Positions 48,701 through 59,375 of a stretch of DNA of 64,000 bases are shown here, one piece after another (the stretch's first letter is position 1; every line of letters starts with the position of its first letter). The stretch is from Sminthopsis crassicaudata (lineage: Eukaryota). Below the pieces are notes generated by a model. It did no database searches. It was not told where the DNA came from and worked only from the letters and a program-made list of their open reading frames with translations. The translations under genes were made by a program, and so were the position numbers. Location: contig NC_133619.1 in NCBI RefSeq assembly GCF_048593235.1, forward strand, positions 651,722,558 to 651,786,557, read 5' to 3'.

Positions 48701-51600
48701 TGATCAATGATGGACAGAAATAACTACACCCAGAGAAGAAACACTGGGAAATGAGTGTAAACTGTTAGCACTACTGTCTATCTACCCAGATTATTTATAC
48801 CTTCAGAATCCAATATTTAATGTGCAACAAGAAAAGTGGATTTACACACATATATTGTATCTAGGTTATACTGTAATACATGTAAAATGTATGAGATTGC
48901 CTGTCATCTAGGGGAGAGAGTAGAGGGAGGGAAGGGAAAATTTTGGAAAAATGAATACAAGGGATAATGCTATTTTAAAAAATTACTCATACATATATAT
49001 TGTCAAAAATTTATAATTATACAATTTAAAAAAAGAGAAAAAAAAAAAAAGAAGAAGATCCAACTCACTTCCAGTTGATCAATGATGGACAGACACAACT
49101 CCACCCAGAGAAGGAACACTGGGAATTGAATGTAAACTGTTAGCACTACTGTCTTTCTACCCAGGTTACTTATACCTTTGGAATCCAATTCTTAATGTGC
49201 AACAAGAAAATGGTACTTACACACATATATTGTATCTAGGTTATACTGTAACACATGTAAAATGTATGGGATTGCCTGTCATCTAGAGGCGGGAGTAGAG
49301 GGAGGGAGGGGAAAATTTGGAAAAATGAATACAAGGGATAATGTTATAAAAAAAATTACTCATGCATATGTACTGTCAAAAAAAATTATAATTATAAAAT
49401 TAATTTAAAAAACCATTTGGTGTGCATACCCTTTGACCCAGCAGTGCTACTATTGGGCTTATATCCCAAGGAACTACTAAAGAGGGGAAAGGGAGCTGTA
49501 TGTGCCAAAATGTGTGTGGCAGCCCTTTTCATAGTGGCTAGAAGCTGGAAGATGAATGGATGTCCATCAATTGGAGAATGGTTGGGTAAACTATGGTATA
49601 TGAATGTTATGGAATATTATTGTTCTATAAGAAATGACCAACAGGAGAAATACAGAGAGGCTTGGAGAGACTTACATCAACTGATGCTGAGTGAAACGAG
49701 AAGAACCAGAAGATCATTATACACTTCAACAATGATACTGTACGAGGATGTATGCTGATGGAAGTGGATTTCTTCAACATAGAGAAGAGCTAATCCAATT
49801 CCAATTGATTAATGATGGACAGAACCAGCTACATCCAGAAAAGGAACAATGGAAAATGAGTGTAAACTGTTATTTTTACCTTCTGAATCCAATTCTTCCT
49901 GTGCAACAAAAAATTCGGTTCTACACACATATATTGTATCTAGAATATACTGTAATATATTTAACATATATAAGACTGCTTGCCATCTGGGGGAGGGGGT
50001 TGGGGGAGGAAGGGAAAAAAATCTGAATAGAAGTAAGTGCAAGGGATAATGTTGTAAAAAATTACCCATGCATATGTACTGTCAAAAAAATGTTATAATT
50101 ATAAAATAAAATAAAAATTTAAAAAAAAAACCATTTGGTACTAGCTAAGAAATAGAGCAGTTGATCAGTGGAATGGGTTAAGTTCACAGGACAAGGCAGG
50201 AAATGACTATAGTAATATAGTGTTTGACAAACACAAATACCCAGATTTTGCAATAAGAATTCACTATTTCCAAAAACTGCTGGGATATTTGGAAACTAGT
50301 ATGGCAGAAAGTAGGCATAGACCTACACATAACAACATATACCAAGATATGGTCTAAATGGGTTCATGATCTAGACATAAAAATTGAGATTATAAATCAA
50401 TTAGAAGAACAAACGATAGTTTACTTCTCAGACCTGTGGAGGAGGAGGAATTTGTGGTCAAAGAAGAGGAGCTCATTACTGATCACAAAATAGATAATTC
50501 TGATTAAGTTAAAATGTTTTTGTATAAACAAAACTAATGCAGAGATTAGAAGGGAAGCAATAAACTGGGAAAACATTTTTACATTCCAAGATTCTGATAA
50601 AGGCTTCATTTCTAAAAATACATTGAGAATTAACTCAAATTTATAAGAATTCAAGCCATTCTCCAATTGATAAATGGTCAAAGGATATGAACAATTTTCA
50701 GATTATGAAATTGAAACTGTTTCTAGTTATATAAAAAGGTGCTCTAAATCACTATTGATCAGAGAAATGCAAATTAAGACAACTCTGAGATACCACTACA
50801 CATCTGTCAGATTGGCTAAGATGACAGGAAAAAATCATGATGAATGTTGGAGGGGATGTGGGAAAACTGGGACACTGATACATTGTTGGTGGAGTTGTGA
50901 ATACATCTAGCCATTCTGGAGAGCAATTTGGAATTGTGCTCAAAAAGTTGAAACTGTGCATACCCTTTGATCTAGCAGTGCTACTCCTGGGCTTATATCC
51001 CAAAGAGATCTTAAAGGAGGGAGAGGGACCCACATGTGCAAAGATGTTTGTGGCAGCCCTCTTTGTAGTGGCTAGAAACTGGAAAATGAATGGATGCCCA
51101 TCAATTGTATGGTATGTTATGGAATATTACTGTTCTGTAAGAAATGACCAACAGGAGGAATACAGAGAGGCCTGGAGAGACTTATAGGAACTGATGCTGA
51201 GTGAAATGAGCAGAACCAGGAAATCACTGGACATGGCAACAAGAAGACTATACAATGCTCAATTCTGATGGACGCTGCTCTCTTCAACAATGAGATGATT
51301 TAGGCCAGTTCCAATGACCTTGGGATGAAGAGAGCCATGTACACCCTGAGATACTGTGGGTACTGAGTGTGGACCACAACTGGCATTTTCATTCCTTTTG
51401 TTGTTTGCTTGAATTGTATTTTCTTTCTTTTTTTTTACTTTTTGATCTGATTTTGTGCGTGTGTGTGTGCAGCAAGGTAATTGTATAAACATGTATGTCT
51501 TTTAAAAAAGAAAAAGAAAATAGGCAGAACAAGGCCCAATAAGAAAGAATGAAAATAGCCATATGGCAAATTTCTATAAAGAGAACATTAGGAATCTCAA
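45750..51600 (+). mobile_element. Nested L1 stack: an older L1 (45750-46344, resuming at ~50127-51500) interrupted by younger 5'-truncated L1s (46345-49050, 49052-49408, 49422-50126)
   Basis: ORF2 peptides [46 protein letters not shown]; three poly-A tails; target AAAACCATTTGGT at 46330, 49409 and 50127. Confidence 0.93.
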
Positions 51601-52136
51601 ATCTCAAAATGAACAGACTCAAGAAGTCTGCTAAGAGTCATAAAAAGGGGTAATCTCACTACTACCCACCTCTCGGATTGACTAAGATGACAGGAAAAAA
51701 TAATAATAATTGTTGGAGGGGATGGGAGCTGTGAAATGATCTAACCATTCTGGACACTGAATGTGAATCACAATATAGTTATTTTTACTTTTTTTTTTGT
51801 TATTATTTGCTTTTTTTTTTAACTTTCTCATTTTTTTCTTTTTTGATTTGATTTTTCTTGTGCAGCATGTGAAATTCTGTATAGAAGAACTGAACATATT
51901 TAACACATTGGATTACTTGCTGTCCAGGAGAAGGGAGGAAGAAAAATTTGGAGTACAAGGTTTTGCAAGGGTGAATGTTGAAAACTATTTTTGCATATAT
52001 TTTGAAATTGAACAGCAATTATTAAAAATAAAAAGGGAGTAAGCTATTTTAAAAATAATATAATAATAATAAAAGTTATAACCTATAATAACAATAAGCT
52101 ATATGTGTTGCTTTATTGTGTATATAACAATATATT

Positions 52137-52330
52137 GGGCAGCCAAGTGGCTCACTGCATAGAGCATTGGGCCCAGAGTCAATAAGACCTGAATTCAAAT
52201 CCAGCCTCAAACACTTCCCAGCTGTGTGAGCCCGGATAGTCACTTCACCCTCTCTGACTCGGTTTCCTCCTTTCAGATGAGTTGGAGAAGCAAATGTCAC
52301 CCCAGTCTCTGACAATAAAACATGTGTCAT
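52137..52330 (+). mobile_element. CORE-SINE of MAR1/Ther type
   Basis: tRNA-derived head gggcagccaagtggc...gacctgaattcaaatccagcctca, core cagctgtgtga, RTE-like tail. Confidence 0.8.
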
Positions 52331-52749
52331 AGAGAGTTGGACTTGATTAAAAAGAGAGATAGTTATCCCCTTTTATAGAGGAAGGTCCTAAGTCTGGAAG
52401 GAGATAAGAGGCTGAGGCTCCCACAAATAGGATCTGAGGAGTCTTCCTTGACCTTAAATATAGTACTCTATAGGCTAGGCCATTGAGCTGCATCTCTTGG
52501 GGGGGAATCAAAGGAGGGACATAGAGTTTGCTTGGAATGGACAGGAAAAGTACAAGTGGAGAAAAAGCAGAGCTCCTCACTTCCTGTTTTGTTTCTGTTT
52601 TCTCGGCCAAGAAGAAATGATCTTTGCATCTGAAACCACAAAACAGAAATGACTCCCAGGGAGTGGCTGCCCCAGATAAGGAAGGAGAGGATGTGAGCGG
52701 CCCTTAGAGCCTCCAAGCCCAGATGAACCCCATCCTGGGGTCATTAAAA

Positions 52750-52982
52750 GACTGACAGACCCCCCCGGAGTCCTAAAGGGACTGACAGACTCCCCCCAAG
52801 TCCTAAAGGGACTGACAGACCCCCCCCCAGTCCTAAAGGGACTGACAAACCCCCCCAAGTCCTAAAGGGACTGACAGACCCCCCCCCCCCCCCCCGAGTC
52901 CTAAATGGACTGATAGACCTCCCTCCCAGGGTTCTAAAGGGACTGACAGACCTCCCCCCAGGGTTCTAAAGGGACTGACAGA
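52750..52982. repeat. ~30-bp tandem repeat (~8 copies) actgacagacccccccggagtcctaaaggg
   Basis: Exact 30-bp spacing at 52751, 52781, 52811 and 52841, with a variable C tract. Confidence 0.95.
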
Positions 52983-53501
52983 CATATTTTTAAGTTGGGG
53001 CCGTGAGAAAGATTTTGGGAAATGAGAGATTTTTGTGGCCAGCACAACACGAACAGGCCAGTGACGGCTGAAAATGAGTGGGGTTGCTGATAATTTACTG
53101 AGAGAAATCCTGCATCTCATAGATCTTAGAGCCATATGTTGTCATGAAAGGCGCTGCTCCGTGACCAGTCCCGGTCTGTTTCCCGCGATGTGGCTCTCTG
53201 GAGCACAGCATCAGTTTCTAGAGGCTCAGTCTTGTGGAAAGCTCCCGATGTCCATCAATGCGCCAGGACCTTCTGCTCCCTCATGATTTCAAGCTTAAAG
53301 GCGCCCTGGATTAGTGTCCGGAGGAGGGGACCATGCCAGTGCCGGGAGTAACATCTCCACAGGAGATGTGGCAGGAGCTTGCGCAAAGAGAAGAGAATAA
53401 GTCTGCAAGTTCCTATAAGCCTGGGAGCTTGACCTGGGCTCCCAGAAAAGTTCTGGAGGGACCCTAAAAGAGCTGGCTGTCAGCCTTCTAGAAAAGAAAG
53501 C

Positions 53502-53594
53502 TATCGGTTTTGCAAGGGTCAGTGCTGAAAAATTACCCATGCATATGTTTTGTAAATAAAAAGCTATAATACTAATGAGAAAAGAAAAGAAAGC
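53502..53594 (+). mobile_element. Very short 5'-truncated L1 3'-end insertion with target-site duplication
   Basis: L1 tail text ttttgcaagggtcagtgctgaaaaattacccatgc...aataaaaagctataat; TSD agaaaagaaagc at 53490-53501 and 53583-53594. Confidence 0.8.
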
Positions 53595-53599
53595 AATCT

Positions 53600-53910
53600 G
53601 AAAAGCCCGTGGGGTGTCAGGGTACGCCAGCCCAGCCTCGGTCCCTTTCTGAAACTATGGCTAAGCTCAGGAAACGCTGCAGAAACACTCTGCTGGACAC
53701 ACCGTCTCCTCGTCTCGATGGGGCGGATCTAGTCAGGGACTGTAGGTCCCGAGTGAGGTGCTTTAGGGGAGCACCAAGTGTCGGGGTTCGGCCTTTGTGT
53801 CTGGCAAAAGGTGGGTTTATTTAGAAGATCTTGCAGATAGAATGAAGGGAGACGATGGGCCCTGGGAATGGTCAATCTGAAATAGAGCGGGAGAGCTTAT
53901 AGTTAGCGAG
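53600..53910 (-). mobile_element. Possible LTR remnant
   Basis: Minus strand has TATAAG (~53900) followed ~80 nt later by AATAAA, in LTR-like order. Termini not identified. Confidence 0.4.
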
Positions 53911-53922
53911 AAGGGGGGTTTA

Positions 53923-54080
53923 GGGGCCGCGAGGGGGCGCAGTGGACAGAGCCCCAGCCCTGAAGTCAGGGGGACCCGAGTTCAAATGTGGTCTCAGACA
54001 CTGAACACTTCCTGGCTGTGTGACCCTGGGCGAGTCCCTTAACCCCAGCCTCAGGAGAAAAAACAAAAGAAGAAAGAAAG
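53923..54080 (+). mobile_element. WSINE1-like marsupial SINE
   Basis: gggg...ggcgcagtggacagagccccagccctgaagtcagggggacccgagttcaaat...tgtgtgaccctgggcgagtcccttaacccc followed by an A-rich tail. Confidence 0.85.
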
Positions 54081-54587
54081 AACGGGGGTTTCGCCTTTAA
54101 CGATGGAACCTCTATATTATGGAGGGCAAAATCCCTCCAAAATCTATAGAGAAGGGAAGGGGCAGGCAGACGGGAAGTCCAGGCTGAGGGAAGAAGAGGA
54201 GGGAGGATCCAAGGGGGGGCGAGGTTAAGTAATAGCAGAGCAAGTTAAGGGGCAGAATTAAGGGAGGGTCGGCCGGGTTAGGAGACGCCGAGTGTACCTG
54301 TGTGTGGCTACATGCGGATAGATACACATGTCCTCTCTAGCCTATGGCCTGCTTGGGGGATTGGAGAGACCCAACGGGGAAAAGAATCCATAAGACAGCT
54401 GCACAGCAGAGAGCAAAACAATCACTCCCAAGGAGGTAAAGAATTTCTTCCACTAATAAATACACTTTTCCGAAGTGGCATTTGTTGTTTAAAAAATAAA
54501 TAAAAGACGGAAAAGCCGAGTTCGCCGGCGGAAGTCACAGTCAGCCAGGAGGAAGGCAGGGCGGCTCGAGGCTGGATTTGCCCGCGC

Positions 54588-54810
54588 GGGCAGCTTTTTA
54601 TACACAGAGCACGTGCGGGGGGGGGGGGGGGGGTTCAGCACCGACCCTTGTCAAACCTTCAGTTCCAACTCCCCCCCTCCTTCCCCCGCCCCTCCCCCAG
54701 CCGGCGGGGAGTCCCGTACGTGTCAGACATGTCAAAGTGTAGGTTAAACGCGGAGTCTGTACACATATGTATGCAGTTAGCCAGCTGCACAAGAAAAATC
54801 CGTTTAGAAA
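54588..54810 (-). mobile_element. GC-shifted L1 3'-end fragment
   Basis: Reverse complement aligns by eye to other L1 tails in the window (gggggaggggcgggggaaggagggg...gaaggtttgacaagggtcggtgctgaa...tataaaaagct). Confidence 0.7.
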
Positions 54811-54899
54811 GAAGGTAAAAACCACCCGGCGGCCTCCATCCTAAGGGGGGAGAGGCAGCACACTCATGTGGGGGAGGGGGACTGACCTCAGGGTTTCAG

Positions 54900-56070
54900 C
54901 AAAGATGGGGGATCGTGACTGGCAAGGTGGGGCTGCCCGGGAGCTGGGGGGGCTTATGGGCTGGAGCTGCTCCCCAGGGCGCCCTGCCCTGTCTGCCTCA
55001 GGGCAATGTGGCGCCCCCTAGTCCGCCAAGAGCCCCAGCTGCCAGGAGGAGACATCCCGGGACCGTCCCTGAGGCAGGAGGCCCCCCAGGCCCCGCCCCC
55101 CCGACCCCTTTCCCGCAGGTCCCATCCCCATAGGCCCCCCCAGACCCTTCCCCGCAGGTCCCGCCCCCCACAGGTCCCGCCCCCCAGATACCCCCAGACC
55201 CCTTCCCCGCAGGGTCCCGCCCCCCAGATACCCCCAGACCCCTTCCCCGCAGGTCCCGCCCCCGCAGGCCCCCCCAGGTCCGGCCCGTTTGACCGCTTTT
55301 ACCCTGGGCTTGGGCGGATGCTGAGGGTCTGCCCGCAGGCTGGAGGCCGCGGAGCGGGAAGAGCTTCATACCCTCTGGCAGGCGTGGGGGGCCGGAGCGC
55401 TCGGAGCGCCCCTCGGGACCGAGGGCCAGGCCGCCGGCTCTGGGGACGCTCCGGGGATTTCCGGGGGCTCCCGGGGGGCAGGAGCGGAGAGTGCGGGGGC
55501 GGCCCCCGAATGCCCCGGAGCGTGGGAGCCCCGGGCTGCGGGCACCGGGCGGGCGCCATTCCCGGGGGCGGCGGGGGGCGGCGGAGGGGCCGAGCCGAGG
55601 GCTCGCTCTCAGCCCCTCCGCCGGCGGCCCCGGCTCTGCCCCGTTCCCGCGCTTCCTCCGAGCGCCTCCTGGCCTCAGCGCTGGTCTCCGACCAGAAGGG
55701 GTGGGAGCTAGGCCGAGGGGGCTCCGGCCCCTCCGCCCGCTTACACTTCGGGGGCGCCGGCGCCCGGGGCCGGGTTGGGAGAGATCGGCCGCCAACCGCC
55801 CTGCGCGCGGGCCGGGAATCACGCGGGCGCCCACCCGCGGAGGGGTAACCCGGTGAAAGTCCTCGCCCCAAGTGGAAGGCGGCCAAGCTTTTATGAAGTG
55901 CCTGCTGTGAGCAGCCCAGCGCGGCGCGTGCTTGGGAACGCTAGAAACGACGGATTCAGAGACTCCGGGTCTCCAACTTTTATTTCTTCGGAGTTTCAGA
56001 CTCGCTGACTTCGCCAAAAAGAGGGGGGGCTGGATTCGGAGACGGCGGAGCAGGGAGGGGCTGAAGGGAG
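54900..56070. promoter_or_regulatory. CpG island with no assigned gene; contains a CTCF-like motif (55011-55024) and a ~30-bp repeat (55110-55270)
   Basis: Very high GC and CpG density; GGACTAGGGGGCGC on the minus strand. Confidence 0.6.
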
Positions 56071-56074
56071 CAGG

Positions 56075-56365
56075 GGAGGGGGACGGGCGCCGGGAGGGGA
56101 GCGGGGAGGGGAGGGGCACGAGGAGGGGAGCGGGGAGGGGGGGCGAGGAGGGGAGCGGGGAGGGGAGGGGCACGAGGAGGGGAGCAGGGAGGGGGGGCGA
56201 GGAGGGGAGCGGGGAGGGGAGGGGCACGAGGAGGGGAGCGGGGAGGGGGGGCGAGGAGGGGAGCGGGGAGGGGAGGGGCACGAGGAGGGGAGCGGGGAGG
56301 GGGGGCGAGGAGGGGAGCGGGGAGGGGAGGGGCACGAGGAGGGGAGCGGGGAGGGGAGGGGGGTG
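56075..56365. repeat. Purine-rich 54-bp dimeric tandem repeat (29+25-bp subunits), ~5 copies
   Basis: ggggagcggggaggggaggggcacgagga alternates with ggggagcggggagggggggcgagga. Confidence 0.95.
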
Positions 56366-56659
56366 AAGACAGTCAGCAGATTGGGGAACTTAGCGGCCTC
56401 CAGCACCCACAGGAAATAGGTCTCCAAGGCAAAGGGGCAAGGCAAAAGGGAAAACTGGGCCGATTTACCCATTTGTGAGAAGTGCCGGGTCCCGCTCTGC
56501 CCCGGAGTGAAATGGCCTCGGAGAACTGGCCAAGCCCTTGGTTCCCGAGCCTCGGCTCTTTCTATCGGACTGCGCCGAAGTGGTGGATCAATCAATAATC
56601 CATAAGCAAGCATTTATCGAGTGCCTGCTAAGTCCCACACAAATGCTGTCCTCCATCCT

Positions 56660-56820
56660 TAATCTTGGGAGGTAAATGCCATTATTATTCCCATTTTACA
56701 GATCAGGAAACTGAGGCAAACAGAAGCTAAGGGCCACACAGCTAGTTAAGGGACTGACGCTGCATCCACATTCAGGTCTTCTTAAGTCTGGCTAAAGCAC
56801 TATTTTCACGGTGCCACTGG
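56660..56820 (-). mobile_element. MIR/CORE-SINE
   Basis: ccattattattcccattttacagatcaggaaactgaggca...gccacacagctagt. Confidence 0.8.
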
Positions 56821-56949
56821 ACGGCTTGTGGTGTTGGAGAAGGATTGGTCAGTTTTGGACATAGTCTTCTTTGTCTCAATTTTATTAATCTTTCCTTTGA
56901 ATTTCAGAATTACCAATTTCTTTGGGTGGGGGTTCATTCTTTTTCCAGC

Positions 56950-57960
56950 TTTTTTTTTTTTTAATTGAATGCCAAATGTTATCTCCTCTATATTTTATTC
57001 ACATAACTAGAGATATAAAATTTCCCTAGGAACTGCTTTGGCTGCAGCCCATAGATTTTGGTATATTGTCTCATTATTGTTATTCTCTTGAATGAAATGA
57101 TGGATTTTTTTCTGTGATTTGTTTGATCCACTCATTATTTAGAATTAGAGCTATTTAATTCCAAATGGCTTTTAGGTCTTTTCCTGGCCCTTTATTGGAA
57201 ATAATCTTTATTAAATGCAAATTGAGAGCACTGTGATACCACCACACACCTGTCAGATTGGCTAAGATGACAGTGAAATGTTGGAGCAGATGCAGGAAAA
57301 CTGGGACACATACATTGTTGGTGGAATTGTGAACAAATCCAGCCATTCTGGAGAGCAGTTTGGAACTGTGCTCAAAAAATTATCCAACTGTGCATCCCTT
57401 TTGACCCAGCAGTGCTACCACTGGGCCTGTATCCCAAAGAGATCTTGAAGGGAAAGGGACCTGTATGTGCAAGAATGTTTATGGCAGCTCTCTCTGTGGT
57501 GGCCAGAAACTGGAAACCGAGTGGCTGCCATCAGTTGGAGAATGGCTGAATAAATTGTGGTATATGAATGTTATGGAATATTATTATTTTTCTGTAAGAA
57601 ATGACCAGCAGGATGATTTCAGAGAGGCCTGGAGAGACCTACAGGAACTGATGCTGAGGGAAACGAGCAGAACCAGGAGATCATCGTACATGGCAACCGC
57701 GAGATAGTACGATGACCAGTTCTGAGGGCCGTGGCTCTCCCCAGCACTGAGAGGATTCTGGCTGGTGATGGACAGAGCCGTCAGAGGGCTGTGGGGACCG
57801 GATGTGGGTCACAAGACACTTTTTCACCGTTTGCTTTTTGTTTTTTTCATCTCATTTTCCTCCTTTTTTGATCCTATGCATTATGATAAATGTGGAGATC
57901 CGTACAGAACTGTATCACTTTATCCTCGATATCGGATGACTTGCTGTCTAGGGAAGGGGA
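56950..57960. mobile_element. L1 fragments: minus-strand ORF2 piece (~56950-57190) abutting a plus-strand 3' piece (~57200-57960)
   Basis: L1 ORF2 and 3' UTR text in both orientations. Confidence 0.75.
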
Positions 57961-59300
57961 GGGTTTATCAAGAGACGTCCACTGGGCAGCAGGAGTCACA
58001 AGACTGGGAGGCGGCAGGATGGCCGAGGCAGGAAGTCGTGGGCAGGCAGAGCCCGGGAGAACATAGCGGACGGATCGAGCCCAGCTCTTCTGGCAATTCC
58101 AGGACCCCCCAGAGGGCCCGGCCTCTGGAGTCCAGAGCTCAGAGTTGGGAATCCGCCAAGTTGAAAGGTTTAAGCCTGCCCAAGCTCAGGGAAGGCAGGT
58201 GCTGGACACGCCGGGAAAAAACAACGGGGAGCTTCCGTTCTCTGGATTTGGTGGATGGGGGGGGGGGCAAAGAGCAGAGAAGGAGCCCCAAGACGAGAGC
58301 AGGGGGGGGGACCCAGAGACCTTGGAGACCAGGCCCCGGGAGAAGGTGGCGGGATCGTTAAGGAGGCAGCAGTCATCCAGCGCCAGAAGCCTGGGGCTAA
58401 GCAGGCCAGAGTCCCCACAAGCGTGGGCCAGCCTGAGGGTCAGGCCGGCCCGAATTCTGTCCCTAACCCTCCAGCTTCCACAGGGCCTTCCTGCGTCCCG
58501 GGGGTCCTGAGCCTCAAGGGCAGCCCGGGGGGCCCCTGCTGGCACAACCCAGGGTGCAAGCCCAAGGCCTTTCACAACCAGCTGGCAGGACTGCGGGCCC
58601 CTCCCCAAAGCCAGAGGCTTAGGAATAGCGAGTCTGGCTCTCAGGACCTTGTTCCCCTGCTCACTCCTGCGGTCTGGGGCCTTTGTGTGGCCCCTTCTCC
58701 CACTGGGGCAGCCCCCACCTGCCTGCTCCTCCTCCTGCTGCCTCCCCCAGAGCCCCCCTCCGGCTCACACTCCACAGGTGCCCCCAGCTGGGCGGGGGGC
58801 TCTCCCCTTCCCACGTCTGCCTAGTGAAACCTTAATTCCGAGGATCTGATGGGTGACCACTTGTGTCTCTGGGGGCAGCCTCAGCTCCCCAGAGCTCCAC
58901 ACCATACCTGTCGCCCCCTCCCACCCCCATCCCAGCCTGGGGTCCCCCTGAACTTTCCCGTACCCCACGGGGTACCTGGGGGTCCTGTGGGTGTCTTTGG
59001 CCCCCTCCTCTCATATACTCGAGGAGGAGCAGAGCCTGACCTTGACCTCTGGACACCACCAGCTCCTATCCAGCATCTAACCCGGGCCCTGCCCTCCTAT
59101 GGGACACGGCCCTGCCCTTGGGAGCGTCCACGAAGGCCCGCTTCCTCTCTGACCAGAGCGCTCCCTCCCCAATCCCCCTGGGCTGAGCAGTCTCCTTTCA
59201 ATCTGGGGGAGGGGGGGGCTCTGCCCTGTGCAGGGGCCCAGAGTCCCCTCACTTCTGTGGGAGCCAGGATAAAACTTAAAGTTCTTCCAGAGAAAAATCT

Positions 59301-59306
59301 TTTATT
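59301..59306 (-). terminator. PIH1D1 polyadenylation signal AATAAA
   Basis: tttatt 70 nt beyond the stop. Confidence 0.75.
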
Positions 59307-59375
59307 TGGCAGCAGGGGAAGGGGAGGCCGGCTGGCCAGGCCCGACAGCCACCCCCGGAGCCCGGGTCCCCTGTC

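Noticed and set aside
52750-52982. Regularly spaced 30-bp repeats considered as a CRISPR-like array
   Set aside because: Head-to-tail units with no unique spacers in mammalian DNA; an ordinary minisatellite.
54595-54615. Apparent minus-strand TATAAAAAG box with an upstream CACGTG E-box
   Set aside because: It aligns to the end of an L1 3' UTR (gcatatgttttgtaaataaaaagct), so it is a GC-shifted repeat rather than a demonstrable promoter.
54887-55369. Possible three-exon mini-gene on the minus strand starting MKLFPLRGLQ
   Set aside because: Splice phases are inconsistent, one donor would be non-canonical, and I recognise no homology.
54998-56613. 445-aa and other long Pro/Gly/Arg-rich ORFs
   Set aside because: Expected from stop-poor GC-rich DNA and the 54-bp repeat.
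35620-59300. PPP1R15A or SLC17A7 exons expected from human synteny
   Set aside because: No recognisable peptides in the ORF track or by manual translation; small degraded remnants cannot be excluded without tBLASTn.
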